Virus record (IMG/VR): IMGVR_UViG_3300009314_000001
DNA length: 64,000 bases
Direction: 5' to 3' (one strand)
Source of the DNA: a virus
Taxonomy: Duplodnaviria; Caudoviricetes
The translations under genes and the position numbers were made by a program. Positions 47,954-57,494 of this stretch are shown in pieces. Each line of letters begins with the position of its first letter. The stretch's first letter is position 1. Under the pieces are notes generated by a model. The model ran no database searches, had not been told where the DNA came from, and saw nothing but the letters and a program-made list of their open reading frames with translations.

Positions 47954-48652
47954 ATGACTTATGTACAAGCATCGGCCCGTATACCATTATCTTCACGCTC
48001 AAATCATAAAACAATTCCTATCGGAACTAAATTTGGATTTTTAGAAATCACCTCAACACCATTCAAGCGTCATGAAATTAAGAACAGAGTATTCTATGAA
48101 TGTAAATGCTATAAATGCGGAAAACAAACAGTTGTAAGAAGTAGTCATTTAACAGATACTCAAAGTTGCGGTTGCATCACCAAAAGGAATGGCCCTAGAA
48201 TCTGTAAGATCTGTAATAAATCAGAAGAAGAAGTACCATTCCCAAGACAAAGCAAAGTATTATATTGTTCTAAGCATGATGCTGAACGTAACAAACCAAT
48301 GAGAGAAAAAGCAAGAAAAAAATGGTTAAAGAATATTGAAGCATCTCCAGAAAGATTTCTGAAATATATGCTTGGGCATACACAAAAACGTAAATCTAAG
48401 AAAGGTTGGTATATTACTATTAATGATGTTCTAGCACTTTGGGAGCATCAATGTGGCCGTTGTGCTATTACTGGAATCCCAATGCAACATATTAGAAAAT
48501 CACCATATTCTATATCAATCGATAGAATTGATTCGTCAAAAGGTTATATTGCATCCAATATCCAACTAGTTTGCTATTGTATAAATCTTGCAAAAAATGT
48601 ATTCTCTGATCAAGAAATTCGGCAATTTTTCAGCACAATCAAACAATCTTAG
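47954..48652 (+). CDS. His-Me-finger-like (DRI variant) endonuclease
   Basis: IGTKFGFLE...QSCGC N-terminus; CAITGIPM...SISIDRIDSSKGYIASNIQLVCYCINLAK. Confidence 0.8.
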   Translation: MTYVQASARIPLSSRSNHKTIPIGTKFGFLEITSTPFKRHEIKNRVFYECKCYKCGKQTVVRSSHLTDTQSCGCITKRNGPRICKICNKSEEEVPFPRQSKVLYCSKHDAERNKPMREKARKKWLKNIEASPERFLKYMLGHTQKRKSKKGWYITINDVLALWEHQCGRCAITGIPMQHIRKSPYSISIDRIDSSKGYIASNIQLVCYCINLAKNVFSDQEIRQFFSTIKQS

Positions 48653-48929
48653 ATTTATCAATGGGGTATCTAGTGCGTATTGTTGCACGTTCGGCAACAA
48701 GTTCCTTATATGCCGATCGCATTAGAATAGGGCAATTTTGTCTCAACCAACGAATTCTCGACTCCAAAGATAAACTGGTCAGAGTATTAACTATTTTCTT
48801 ACGATACGCATCAGGAATTTTATCCGTTTCTAACCCACATAATTTCCCTGATCGCTTACCAAGTAAGAGGAATAGTATATATCTAGAAGTACCATTTTTC
48901 TTAGTGTAATCAATCCAGAGTAATTCCAT
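48639..48929 (-). CDS. hypothetical protein
   Basis: 96-aa ORF whose ATG overlaps that of the divergent gene. Confidence 0.55.
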   Translation of the reverse strand: MELLWIDYTKKNGTSRYILFLLLGKRSGKLCGLETDKIPDAYRKKIVNTLTSLSLESRIRWLRQNCPILMRSAYKELVAERATIRTRYPIDKSKIV

Positions 48930-50238
48930 GGCAGGCTCCAGACCAGTCTCAAAAGCTCGGCCGCAACTAAAGCTTATATTCGAATTAGGTGATGTATCTA
49001 ATGACGATTTCGGCTACAGGTTAATGAAATTCGAATTCAAAGCAATGGTGAATGGAGGATACATTGTACGAACTAAGCTTGGTGATCCTAATTACAATTT
49101 ACTAACCAAACTGATCGAGAATGGATATTTAGATAAATCACGACGCGAAGCTGTCTATTGTAAATTTCAAATAAAAGCCGGTGAAGACGGTGAAAACCCA
49201 AAATCCGCCACCAAAGAACAAAGAGCAATTATATTATCGCTACATGCACTAGGCGGCCCACCAGATCAAGGTGCATTAGAATTTATAGCAATTGATCCAC
49301 CATCATGGTACCTCAATAAAGGATTGGCGGCCGGAACAGTATATGAAGGCAAGGTTAGTAATGTTATCGAACAAGTAGTAAGTGAATATGCACCTAAGAT
49401 TAGTTTAGATATAGGAGAAACCATTGATTCTGATAAGAATAAATGGTGGATGATGCGACAAGATCCAAGAACATTCATCTCATCACTGACTGGTTGGTCA
49501 TCTTCCGTTACTAAAAACAAAACTCAATGGTTGATAGCAGCTAATGGCGATGAACTCACTATCAAAGAACAAGCTGACATACCATCCAAACCAAGAGCAT
49601 ATTATGCTAACACTAAATTAAAACAAGCACATGATACTATTAGAAATTGGGAATTGCTCGCAGATAACGCACTATCATTAGTACAGACTAAGATTATTAC
49701 ACAAGGGTGCTCAGCAATATCTGGTGAATATCTCGATAAAATAACTGATAAACAAGAACAGAAATTGGTAGTTAAGGATAAAAGAACGAGCAGTAAACAA
49801 ATAGCCAAAGTCAAATCGAAGAGATCATTTAAAAAGCCACCAGAAGAAGGTGAAGACAAAGAAGTAGCTGGATGGTCTAGTGTCCTAACAGTACCAGAAA
49901 TCTATTCTGCCGGTGATCTAGGACTGATTTATGGTGAATATATGGATGGCCGTCCCAGAACAATGTGGCTGAATATGGTTAATAGTCTATTGAGATGCAA
50001 GTTCCAAGTAATGGGACACGGAGAATGGTCAAGCTGTGAAGGACTAGGAACGGATACTATCTTTATACATTGGGGAGCTGAACCAAATGATCAGACTGGT
50101 GAATTCTGGTTTATGCATGGTAATTGGTTAATTTATGGCTTCCATCACATACTAACGCGTAGAAAATGGTATACAGACGTGTACGCTGCTAGATTCGACT
50201 TTGATGCTAGTGCCAAAAAAGTTGGAGAAGGCAGTTAG
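48928..50238 (+). CDS. baseplate hub / late-control-D-like tail protein
   Basis: Position in the tail cluster; GKVSNVIEQVVSEY...IGET pattern and C-terminal beta-rich WLIYGFHHIL...YTDV; opposite strand to the other tail genes. Confidence 0.55.
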   Translation: MAGSRPVSKARPQLKLIFELGDVSNDDFGYRLMKFEFKAMVNGGYIVRTKLGDPNYNLLTKLIENGYLDKSRREAVYCKFQIKAGEDGENPKSATKEQRAIILSLHALGGPPDQGALEFIAIDPPSWYLNKGLAAGTVYEGKVSNVIEQVVSEYAPKISLDIGETIDSDKNKWWMMRQDPRTFISSLTGWSSSVTKNKTQWLIAANGDELTIKEQADIPSKPRAYYANTKLKQAHDTIRNWELLADNALSLVQTKIITQGCSAISGEYLDKITDKQEQKLVVKDKRTSSKQIAKVKSKRSFKKPPEEGEDKEVAGWSSVLTVPEIYSAGDLGLIYGEYMDGRPRTMWLNMVNSLLRCKFQVMGHGEWSSCEGLGTDTIFIHWGAEPNDQTGEFWFMHGNWLIYGFHHILTRRKWYTDVYAARFDFDASAKKVGEGS

Positions 50239-50555
50239 AGTTCAGTAATAACTAATCTGCTTATAGGATATTCTATTGTATCACCAGCCCTAGGCCAATT
50301 AAGTACATCTCTCGTCCCATTAAATGCTATTATTACCCATGCTAAATGTGGGTTATCATATACTTGATTAGCTATTAAATCAGGTCGGCCCTCAAGAGCA
50401 CTTGTTACTTTAAATTTCTTTATATGATCATCAACAGGACGTTCTATTAGATATGATGGCATAGTCCATGTACCAAATGTTTCTACGCCATCCTCCAATA
50501 TCAATTCTGTATTGGTAAATCGACTTGTATCTGGTATAGTAGCCATTAATACCAA
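50235..50555 (-). CDS. baseplate wedge protein, T4 gp53-like (LysM-like)
   Basis: EGRPDLIANQVYDNPHLAWVIIAFN...GDTIEYP. Confidence 0.85.
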   Translation of the reverse strand: MVLMATIPDTSRFTNTELILEDGVETFGTWTMPSYLIERPVDDHIKKFKVTSALEGRPDLIANQVYDNPHLAWVIIAFNGTRDVLNWPRAGDTIEYPISRLVITEL

Positions 50556-51172
50556 TCCGGTGCTACAAACTCCTCAAGTTCTCTAATATCTAAATCAGGT
50601 TCTTCAGCACCACTATAACCTCTCTGTGTCCATAATCTTAGATCAGCTGTAATATCAGTACGTAATGGGAAAGCACCATTTGCACCTTCTGGCATCACTA
50701 ATGTTTCACCATATTTTATATCAACACCCTTCATACGTCCTGTCATCTTTTTACTACCACCTATACACCAAAATTTAAAATCTATAGACAATTGCGTAGG
50801 TCTAGTTTGATGATCAGTTAATATTGCAAAATAGCCACGTAAAGTCCTAACCATTTTTGTAATGCGTTTTATAGACCACCCATTACCACCAGGTTTATCT
50901 GCATCTACTATATAAGTCCACCTCATAGATATTTCTCTAGGACCTGCTGTGGCAAATTCTGCTATTTGTGTTTCACCACGTAAGTCACCTTCAGCCCAAT
51001 TGCCCTTTCTACTATCACTTGTTATTTTCGGAGGAAATTGAAATTCTATCAAACCAGTAGAAGCTGCACCTCCGCCACCACAACCCACTGGCGGACTTGT
51101 ACGATGTACTTGCATTTTCAAAAGAAATGCATCAGTTAGATCTCTATCGTGTTGTGCATACATTACAGGCAT
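50546..51172 (-). CDS. tail tube initiator / tube-baseplate junction protein
   Basis: IEFQFPPKITSDSRKGNW...GPREISM; lies between tape measure and gp53-like genes. Confidence 0.6.
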   Translation of the reverse strand: MPVMYAQHDRDLTDAFLLKMQVHRTSPPVGCGGGGAASTGLIEFQFPPKITSDSRKGNWAEGDLRGETQIAEFATAGPREISMRWTYIVDADKPGGNGWSIKRITKMVRTLRGYFAILTDHQTRPTQLSIDFKFWCIGGSKKMTGRMKGVDIKYGETLVMPEGANGAFPLRTDITADLRLWTQRGYSGAEEPDLDIRELEEFVAPDWY

Positions 51173-51176
51173 TAGT

Positions 51177-54100
51177 CTAGTCTCTAGTCCACTGATTCAT
51201 CTCTGAGTCAAGTCCATGTTCTTTTGCTGCTGCCTCCGGCAAATAATTTTGCAGCAGTTCTATAATTTGTGTTACTTCCGTCGTACCAGTTGGAATATTC
51301 TCAACTGCTTCTGCCAATTGACCTAATATACCATTTTGCGTCATCAACAAGACTTTGATTTCTTCTTGTGTTTCATTTTCGCCTTCAGCCGGTGGCATTA
51401 CTTCTACTTGTGTTATTGCTTCAGATCTTATTGCTTCAGTAATACCAGCTTCTTCTGCCCTACGTATCGCTGGGAGAGCCTTAGTATTTATAGCAGTTTC
51501 TATTCTCTCGGAAACACCCTCGAGTCTTGTTGCATATTCCTCTAAGACATATGTTAGGCTTTGCAGGTTCTCCTCTAACCCAGCACCCATATTATCAAAA
51601 CCAGCAACCGCATCACCAAGTCCTTGAAGAACTTCTATTAGTTTATCGGCCGGATCGGCAAAACCATCTATAGCACTACTAAATTCTGTAGATGCTTTCT
51701 CTACGGATTTGGCAACATCTATAGTTGCCGATTCAAAAGCATCAAGTGAATCTAGATCTTTTGCTGCTTCATTCAATTTATTTATAGTTTCGATAAAATC
51801 ATCAGCCGGATCTCCAAATCCTTTTATAGATTCACCAAGATTTCTTATAGATTTAGCTGCAGCTTCTAATTTAGTTCCTAAAGCAGCAAATTTTTGGAAT
51901 TTCGCAACAGGATCTTTGCTAAACCAACCAGCAATCCGCTCCATTATACCACCGGCCAATGCTGTCCCACCAAACCACATAAGGGCATTACCGAGTGCCA
52001 TAATACCAAGAGATACATCTGCTAAATCGGAACTTTTAATCTTGGAAAGATCAACAATACTATCAACAAAGCCTTCAATAAAATCACTTATCGCCCTTAT
52101 AGCTTTAGCAAAGATCTCGAATACACTAGCAACTGCCTGCAAATTATCAAAAGCATATCTCAACCATCGAGAAGCAATGTACAATATGAAAGCGGCAGGA
52201 AGCAATATGAAAGCTGCAGCACCCACAAATATAGCTCCTGTCAGTAGTGGCGCAGCAGCTGCTATTAGAAAACCTGATCCCTTCATCAAGTCCTCTGATA
52301 TCTCAGCGAATTTTATTCCTTCCATCTGCTTAGCACCCTTGCCAAGCATAAATAATCCACCAGCAAGCATCAAAGCACCAGCACCAACAAGATTAGCACC
52401 AATTACAAATGGTATGCCAGCAAGCATTAAATATACAGCTCCCACCATTAACTTATAAGCCATACCAATAAAATCTACATCTTCAAGTGTTTTAGCACCT
52501 TTACCAAGCAAAAACAGACCACCGCCAAGAAGTAAAGCACCAGCACCTACAAGATTAGCACCAATCACAAATGGCAAACCGGCAGCTAGTAACAGCAAAC
52601 CACCAATCATTAACTGGTAAGCCATGGCTACAAAATCAACCCCTTGAAATTCCTTCGCTCCTTTCCCCAATAACAACATTCCGCCACCAAGTAACAAGGC
52701 ACCTATACCGACAAGTGCAGCACCAATCGTAAACGGAACACCAGCAGCCCATAACATTACACCACCAAGTGCTAACTGGCCTGCCATCCAGACAAAATTT
52801 ACTCCTTGAAATTCTTTTGCCCCTTTCCCTAGCAACAACATTCCGCCACCAAGTAATAGGGCACCTATACCAACAAGTGCTGCACCAATAGTAAATGGTA
52901 CACCAGCAGCCCATAGCATGGTACCACCAATTGCCAGCTGGCCTGCCATCCAAACAAAATTGACCCCTTGAAATTCCTTAGCACCCTTCCCAAGTGCTTG
53001 CATTCCAAACCCGAGAAGTAACGCGCCTATCCCAACAAATGTAGCACCTATTGCGAATGGCACACCAGCAGCCCATATCATCGTACCACCGACCATGAGC
53101 TGGAACGCCATACCAATAAAGTCGACACCTTTAAATTCTTTTGCACTCTCGGCAAGTGCTGACATTCCTGTACCGAGTAGCTTAGCCCCAAATCCGATCA
53201 ATATAGCAGCTACAGCAAATAGCGATCCTGCAACTAACAAAGTAACACCAGCATATATAAGCGCCACAGCTATTAACGGCATCAAGAGCATAACTGGTAT
53301 TAATATAAGGACTGCTCCGGTAATCTTCCCGGCCGACTCCCACAATGCAGTAGCAAAATCTTTTATCATATCACCCGAGAGTTTCTCGAGTGCTGTAGCA
53401 AGCATACCTAAAGGTGGACCCAATAGCCATGCGGATATAGCCAGCATGCTCATAGTAGTAGCCAGAACTATAAGTCCTGGAGCACTTATTAAGGCTGCAT
53501 AGGCAAGTATCATCATGCCAGCAGCCACCATCGGCAATTTGACCCATAGTGGCGGAGAATGAGGGCCAATAGCTTCCACAATCATCATGAAAGCTTCAGC
53601 TGCCATCTTTAGACCGGCACCCATTAACCAGGCAGCAGCACCAATCAGAGCTAGAGCACCACCAATAGCCCATAATATTCCCACAACAGGTCCTGCTACA
53701 GGTGCTAATGCTCCTACAGCGGTCACAAGAATATATGTAGCTGCCACCAACAACAATACTCCAATCAGTATAGTATGGAATGGTATATCAACAAGTATTT
53801 TCATACCTTGTGCAAAGAAATACGCACCAGCACCAGCCATCATCAGCGCAGCACCAAGAGCAAGCAATCCTAGAGCATTAGCAGCTGCAGCGCTGCCAAC
53901 AGCTCTTATACCTCTAGCGATACCCCTCATCACTTGATATATAACTTCACCAACAGCTACCGCGAAATCTACAATAAGCCCCAAGAAAGTGCTGATTATA
54001 TTAGCAACACCACTTATAAGCCCAGGAAGTCCGGCAAATCCAAGTGCAAATGAAGTTAATGCCCCAGCAGCTATGATAATCACCATAGCAAGGCCTAACA

Positions 54101-55808
54101 CCATCCCCGCCAAAACTCTCATCCATTTTATTATGAATCCGAGTGGGCCTAATGCATTTTCTAGCCATACTGTGAATTTATGTATACCAGTAATAACACT
54201 AGCTATACCCCATACAACCCACTCAAGAACTACAAGTAATGGATACAAACCCTCGGATATAACTGACAAGATTACACCAAAAGCACCTGCCATTCCTGCT
54301 TTTATTTGGTTCCATTTAGCAGAAGCAGTAGTGTAAGTCTCATTTAGCCTCTTCCTATAATTCAAGTCCGCTGCTAATTTATCATGTAGGGCATCATATG
54401 TCCCTAGCATTTCTACATTGCCTTTGTTTATCTCATTCTGCCTTCTAATCATCATGAGCAAGGCATTTTTATCCATAAAGAGGATCTGCTCAGATAATAA
54501 ATTAAGTCTAGCTTGTTGCTCGGCAGTTAACGTCGTCATCCTATCTATTTGGGTGGCTGCAGGTACTATACTTTTAGCTATTTCAAGTATACCCTCTCCC
54601 ATTTGATTATATCGTTCAGTTGGGTCAGCATTCGGGTCTATACGCAGCTTACCATAGAAAACGGAAGCCTCAATCCCAGTAAGCTTCATCTTCTTCATTA
54701 TATCATCAATAGCAGCAGCTGGGGCTCCCAATTCTTTACCAGCCTTTCTATATCCAGCTTCTGCTAATGTGAATTGTTCTACAGCATCCTGACCGAACAT
54801 AAATGCCATTTCTTGTGCAGTCTCTGTATTACTCTGCATCATACGATTCATGTCATCAGTGCTTAACGCGAATCGTCGTTGCGCTTCTATCAACATTCCT
54901 ATATGTTTAGAAGATCTTTCAGCGTCTGATCCCGCTGCTCGTAGACCACGAGTATACTCTGCAAGCGTACCAGCAGATAATCCAGTTATCCGTTGAGCTC
55001 TTCCAACAGATTTAGCTAATTTGTCTATTTCATTAGTCGGTGTCTTAACATCAGCCAAGGCTTTATAGGCAGCCATTGCATCTTCACGTAAGACACCATA
55101 TCTAGCAGATAGATATCTAGTTCTATTAGTAAGTTGCATCATCGAGTCGTAAACCCGATAATTCGCTTCCTTGAATTTTTCTGCCTCCTCGTCGAATTTC
55201 TGTATAATCCCCCATAATTTACGAGCGGCAGCTACTAATTTACGAAAATGCCCTTCATTCCGCCTCGTATTATCACCTATACGTTCTCCAGCATCACCGA
55301 TCGCCCGTTGTAGTCCTTGTTCTTCAGCTAATAATCTTAACTCATCGGCATGCCCCAAATTTTTCCGTCTTATTGCTTCATTGATATTCTCTAGACCCTT
55401 CAGAGCATCATCCTTGAGGATATCCTCATCTTTCAATATTTCATGTAGATCCTCTACTATATCCTTTTTCTCTTCTAATAATTTTATTTCCTCTTTTAAT
55501 CTGTCAAGATTATCAAGACCTAATTGGTCCATATCACCAAGAGTATCACTAGCACCTACAAAACTCTTCTCGACATCACTCCCACCAAGATTTATATCTT
55601 TAGCAATCCCTGCTATATCACTCAGATTAGTCTTCAGGGCATCAGTAATTCCCTCTATACTACCCAAAGCATTCCTAGCTGCCTCGCTTACCTCATTTTC
55701 CAAATTGGATATACGTTGACTAAAGTCCCCAAGCGCAGCATCTGCCTCCGCCGTCTCAAGGGCTAAAGATACCTGTAGGGCATATACATTCTGGTCAACA
55801 CCGGCCAT
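51177..55808 (-). CDS. tape measure protein
   Basis: 1543 aa; helical N-terminus, long hydrophobic Gly/Ala-rich repeats; upstream of the baseplate genes. Confidence 0.92.
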   Translation of the reverse strand: MAGVDQNVYALQVSLALETAEADAALGDFSQRISNLENEVSEAARNALGSIEGITDALKTNLSDIAGIAKDINLGGSDVEKSFVGASDTLGDMDQLGLDNLDRLKEEIKLLEEKKDIVEDLHEILKDEDILKDDALKGLENINEAIRRKNLGHADELRLLAEEQGLQRAIGDAGERIGDNTRRNEGHFRKLVAAARKLWGIIQKFDEEAEKFKEANYRVYDSMMQLTNRTRYLSARYGVLREDAMAAYKALADVKTPTNEIDKLAKSVGRAQRITGLSAGTLAEYTRGLRAAGSDAERSSKHIGMLIEAQRRFALSTDDMNRMMQSNTETAQEMAFMFGQDAVEQFTLAEAGYRKAGKELGAPAAAIDDIMKKMKLTGIEASVFYGKLRIDPNADPTERYNQMGEGILEIAKSIVPAATQIDRMTTLTAEQQARLNLLSEQILFMDKNALLMMIRRQNEINKGNVEMLGTYDALHDKLAADLNYRKRLNETYTTASAKWNQIKAGMAGAFGVILSVISEGLYPLLVVLEWVVWGIASVITGIHKFTVWLENALGPLGFIIKWMRVLAGMVLGLAMVIIIAAGALTSFALGFAGLPGLISGVANIISTFLGLIVDFAVAVGEVIYQVMRGIARGIRAVGSAAAANALGLLALGAALMMAGAGAYFFAQGMKILVDIPFHTILIGVLLLVAATYILVTAVGALAPVAGPVVGILWAIGGALALIGAAAWLMGAGLKMAAEAFMMIVEAIGPHSPPLWVKLPMVAAGMMILAYAALISAPGLIVLATTMSMLAISAWLLGPPLGMLATALEKLSGDMIKDFATALWESAGKITGAVLILIPVMLLMPLIAVALIYAGVTLLVAGSLFAVAAILIGFGAKLLGTGMSALAESAKEFKGVDFIGMAFQLMVGGTMIWAAGVPFAIGATFVGIGALLLGFGMQALGKGAKEFQGVNFVWMAGQLAIGGTMLWAAGVPFTIGAALVGIGALLLGGGMLLLGKGAKEFQGVNFVWMAGQLALGGVMLWAAGVPFTIGAALVGIGALLLGGGMLLLGKGAKEFQGVDFVAMAYQLMIGGLLLLAAGLPFVIGANLVGAGALLLGGGLFLLGKGAKTLEDVDFIGMAYKLMVGAVYLMLAGIPFVIGANLVGAGALMLAGGLFMLGKGAKQMEGIKFAEISEDLMKGSGFLIAAAAPLLTGAIFVGAAAFILLPAAFILYIASRWLRYAFDNLQAVASVFEIFAKAIRAISDFIEGFVDSIVDLSKIKSSDLADVSLGIMALGNALMWFGGTALAGGIMERIAGWFSKDPVAKFQKFAALGTKLEAAAKSIRNLGESIKGFGDPADDFIETINKLNEAAKDLDSLDAFESATIDVAKSVEKASTEFSSAIDGFADPADKLIEVLQGLGDAVAGFDNMGAGLEENLQSLTYVLEEYATRLEGVSERIETAINTKALPAIRRAEEAGITEAIRSEAITQVEVMPPAEGENETQEEIKVLLMTQNGILGQLAEAVENIPTGTTEVTQIIELLQNYLPEAAAKEHGLDSEMNQWTRD
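52310..53145 (-). repeat. 162-bp (54-aa) coding repeats in the tape measure gene, about 5-6 units
   Basis: GKGAKEFQGVNFVWMAGQLA... units; CCTTGAAATTC recurs at 162-bp spacing near 52642, 52804 and 52966. Confidence 0.9.
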
Positions 55809-55813
55809 GATAA

Positions 55814-55823
55814 CCTATATTTG
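55814..55823 (-). promoter_or_regulatory. putative late promoter CAAATATAGG
   Basis: Immediately upstream of the tape measure ATG. Confidence 0.35.
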
Positions 55824-55926
55824 TTATTAATATATCCCCTTACCAACTCTATGTATTTCACATAATAGGGTTGTCGATTTAACTCCCATTCCCCTGCTTG
55901 TAACATGGCAGTAGGAGGACAACATA

Positions 55927-56286
55927 ATGAAATGGCTCGATGACCTCACAGAATGGCTCAAAGGATTTGGCGATAGGTTACAGCAGAATCCTCGTAGCCT
56001 CGACCAAATCTTCGCAAAGACCGAATGGACGGAAGAAGAGCTGGTCGACTGGATGAACAGGATTCCGAAAGAACACCGTAACCTGATCGCAGTCCGAGCT
56101 ATCGAAGCTCGAGACCAGGGACAAGACCCAGTAGAATTCCTACGCAGGGCTCGTATCGAATATGAAGCCGGTCAAAGAGGGGCCGCAGGCTCCGGAATGT
56201 CCCTCCTAGATCTCTGGTGGGAATACGAATGCGGTGTAGTTGCTGGTGACCTCTTCATGGGCAAATACCTGCCAGATCGAGACTAA
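55927..56286 (+). CDS. hypothetical protein
   Basis: 119 aa with an AGGAGG RBS. Confidence 0.75.
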   Translation: MKWLDDLTEWLKGFGDRLQQNPRSLDQIFAKTEWTEEELVDWMNRIPKEHRNLIAVRAIEARDQGQDPVEFLRRARIEYEAGQRGAAGSGMSLLDLWWEYECGVVAGDLFMGKYLPDRD

Positions 56287-56288
56287 CC

Positions 56289-56471
56289 ATGCATCTAGAA
56301 GTCACACAACCAGATGGGTCCATAGAATATGTGACCCCCACGGACATAGCCCGCGCCAGAATCTTCGCATCTTTCAACGAAGAACTGGCCTGGCTACTGT
56401 CCGCTCTCGATAATTTAACCCCCGGTAAATCCTTGCAACATGGCGGTAGGATTTGGAAACGCGTAAACTAA
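56289..56471 (+). CDS. small hypothetical protein
   Basis: 60 aa, coupled to the previous gene. Confidence 0.55.
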   Translation: MHLEVTQPDGSIEYVTPTDIARARIFASFNEELAWLLSALDNLTPGKSLQHGGRIWKRVN

Positions 56472-56965
56472 TTTATTCTAGTAACAGCTCTACACCTCTC
56501 CAAGAACTCTCCATCTGTCAAAGTATTCCTAGCCATATTAACCCACCAACACACAAGCCTAATATTATCCCTACTATAGTCCTTTAAACAGTTAATACGA
56601 TCAACCGATATATTAGCATAATGTGAATCAGTAGTCATTGTTAATCCAGTAATTGCACATTTTCCTTCCTGTTCTTGCCATAACTCAACTAAATCGTTAT
56701 AAGTTATTGAACAATTAATGTTCTTACGATGTCTACATTTTTTAATCAACACTTTAAAGCGACCGTGAAGCGTCTGAGCCCATTTTTTCTGGATTTCACT
56801 TATTTTACCAGCATTCTTTTCACGATATCGTTTAGCCTTGTGTCTTCCTTCTGGGCTATTCCGTTTTCTTCTTTTCTTTTCTAAGACATCTTCTCGATTT
56901 TTGAGATACCATTTTCGCCATCTATCCCTTTTTTTCTGTAGATCTATCATCAATACCCTCCACAA
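56468..56965 (-). CDS. His-Me-finger-like (DRI variant) endonuclease
   Basis: CAITGLTM...NISVDRINCLKDYSRDNIRLVCWWVNMAR. Confidence 0.8.
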   Translation of the reverse strand: MWRVLMIDLQKKRDRWRKWYLKNREDVLEKKRRKRNSPEGRHKAKRYREKNAGKISEIQKKWAQTLHGRFKVLIKKCRHRKNINCSITYNDLVELWQEQEGKCAITGLTMTTDSHYANISVDRINCLKDYSRDNIRLVCWWVNMARNTLTDGEFLERCRAVTRIN

Positions 56966-57377
56966 CTAATTTACACCAATTCCGGAAATCACTGTCAGTC
57001 AACGTATTTCTAGCCATGTTGGCCCATTTACTAACAAATCTAATATTAGATAACTCATAAGGACCATGTGGTCTGATTCTATCGATTGTCACAGCATCTG
57101 GAGATGGTCCGACATGATTATAAGTCATTGGAAGATTGCTTAAAGCACATCTCCCGCCTTGTTGTTCCCACAACAATTCTAAATCTTCAATAGTAATATC
57201 AGTCCCGGCTCGTTTTCTAATATCTTTCAAAAGTTTATTAAACCTACCTCTTACTGTTCTACAGTATTCGTAATGCTTCTTTGCAAGTCTTTCTTTATTT
57301 AATTCTCTATACTTTTTATTCCGATCGAGTTCAGATTGTCGATGTTTCCGATAATATTGTCTTTGTTTAGTACCCAT
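56922..57377 (-). CDS. His-Me-finger-like (DRI variant) endonuclease, tandem paralog
   Basis: CALSNLPM...VTIDRIRPHGPYELSNIRFVSKWANMAR. Confidence 0.8.
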   Translation of the reverse strand: MGTKQRQYYRKHRQSELDRNKKYRELNKERLAKKHYEYCRTVRGRFNKLLKDIRKRAGTDITIEDLELLWEQQGGRCALSNLPMTYNHVGPSPDAVTIDRIRPHGPYELSNIRFVSKWANMARNTLTDSDFRNWCKLVVEGIDDRSTEKKG

Positions 57378-57409
57378 ATCGTTTGCCCTTTAGTTATTTA
57401 ATACTTCAA

Positions 57410-57419
57410 CATATATTTG
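57410..57419 (-). promoter_or_regulatory. putative late promoter CAAATATATG
   Basis: Upstream of the tandem endonuclease genes. Confidence 0.3.
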
Positions 57420-57494
57420 CCTAACGTATTTAACTATTAAATCCCACTTGCCACAGTCTAATATCAACAACCTTCAAACTAAAGGAGATAAATA

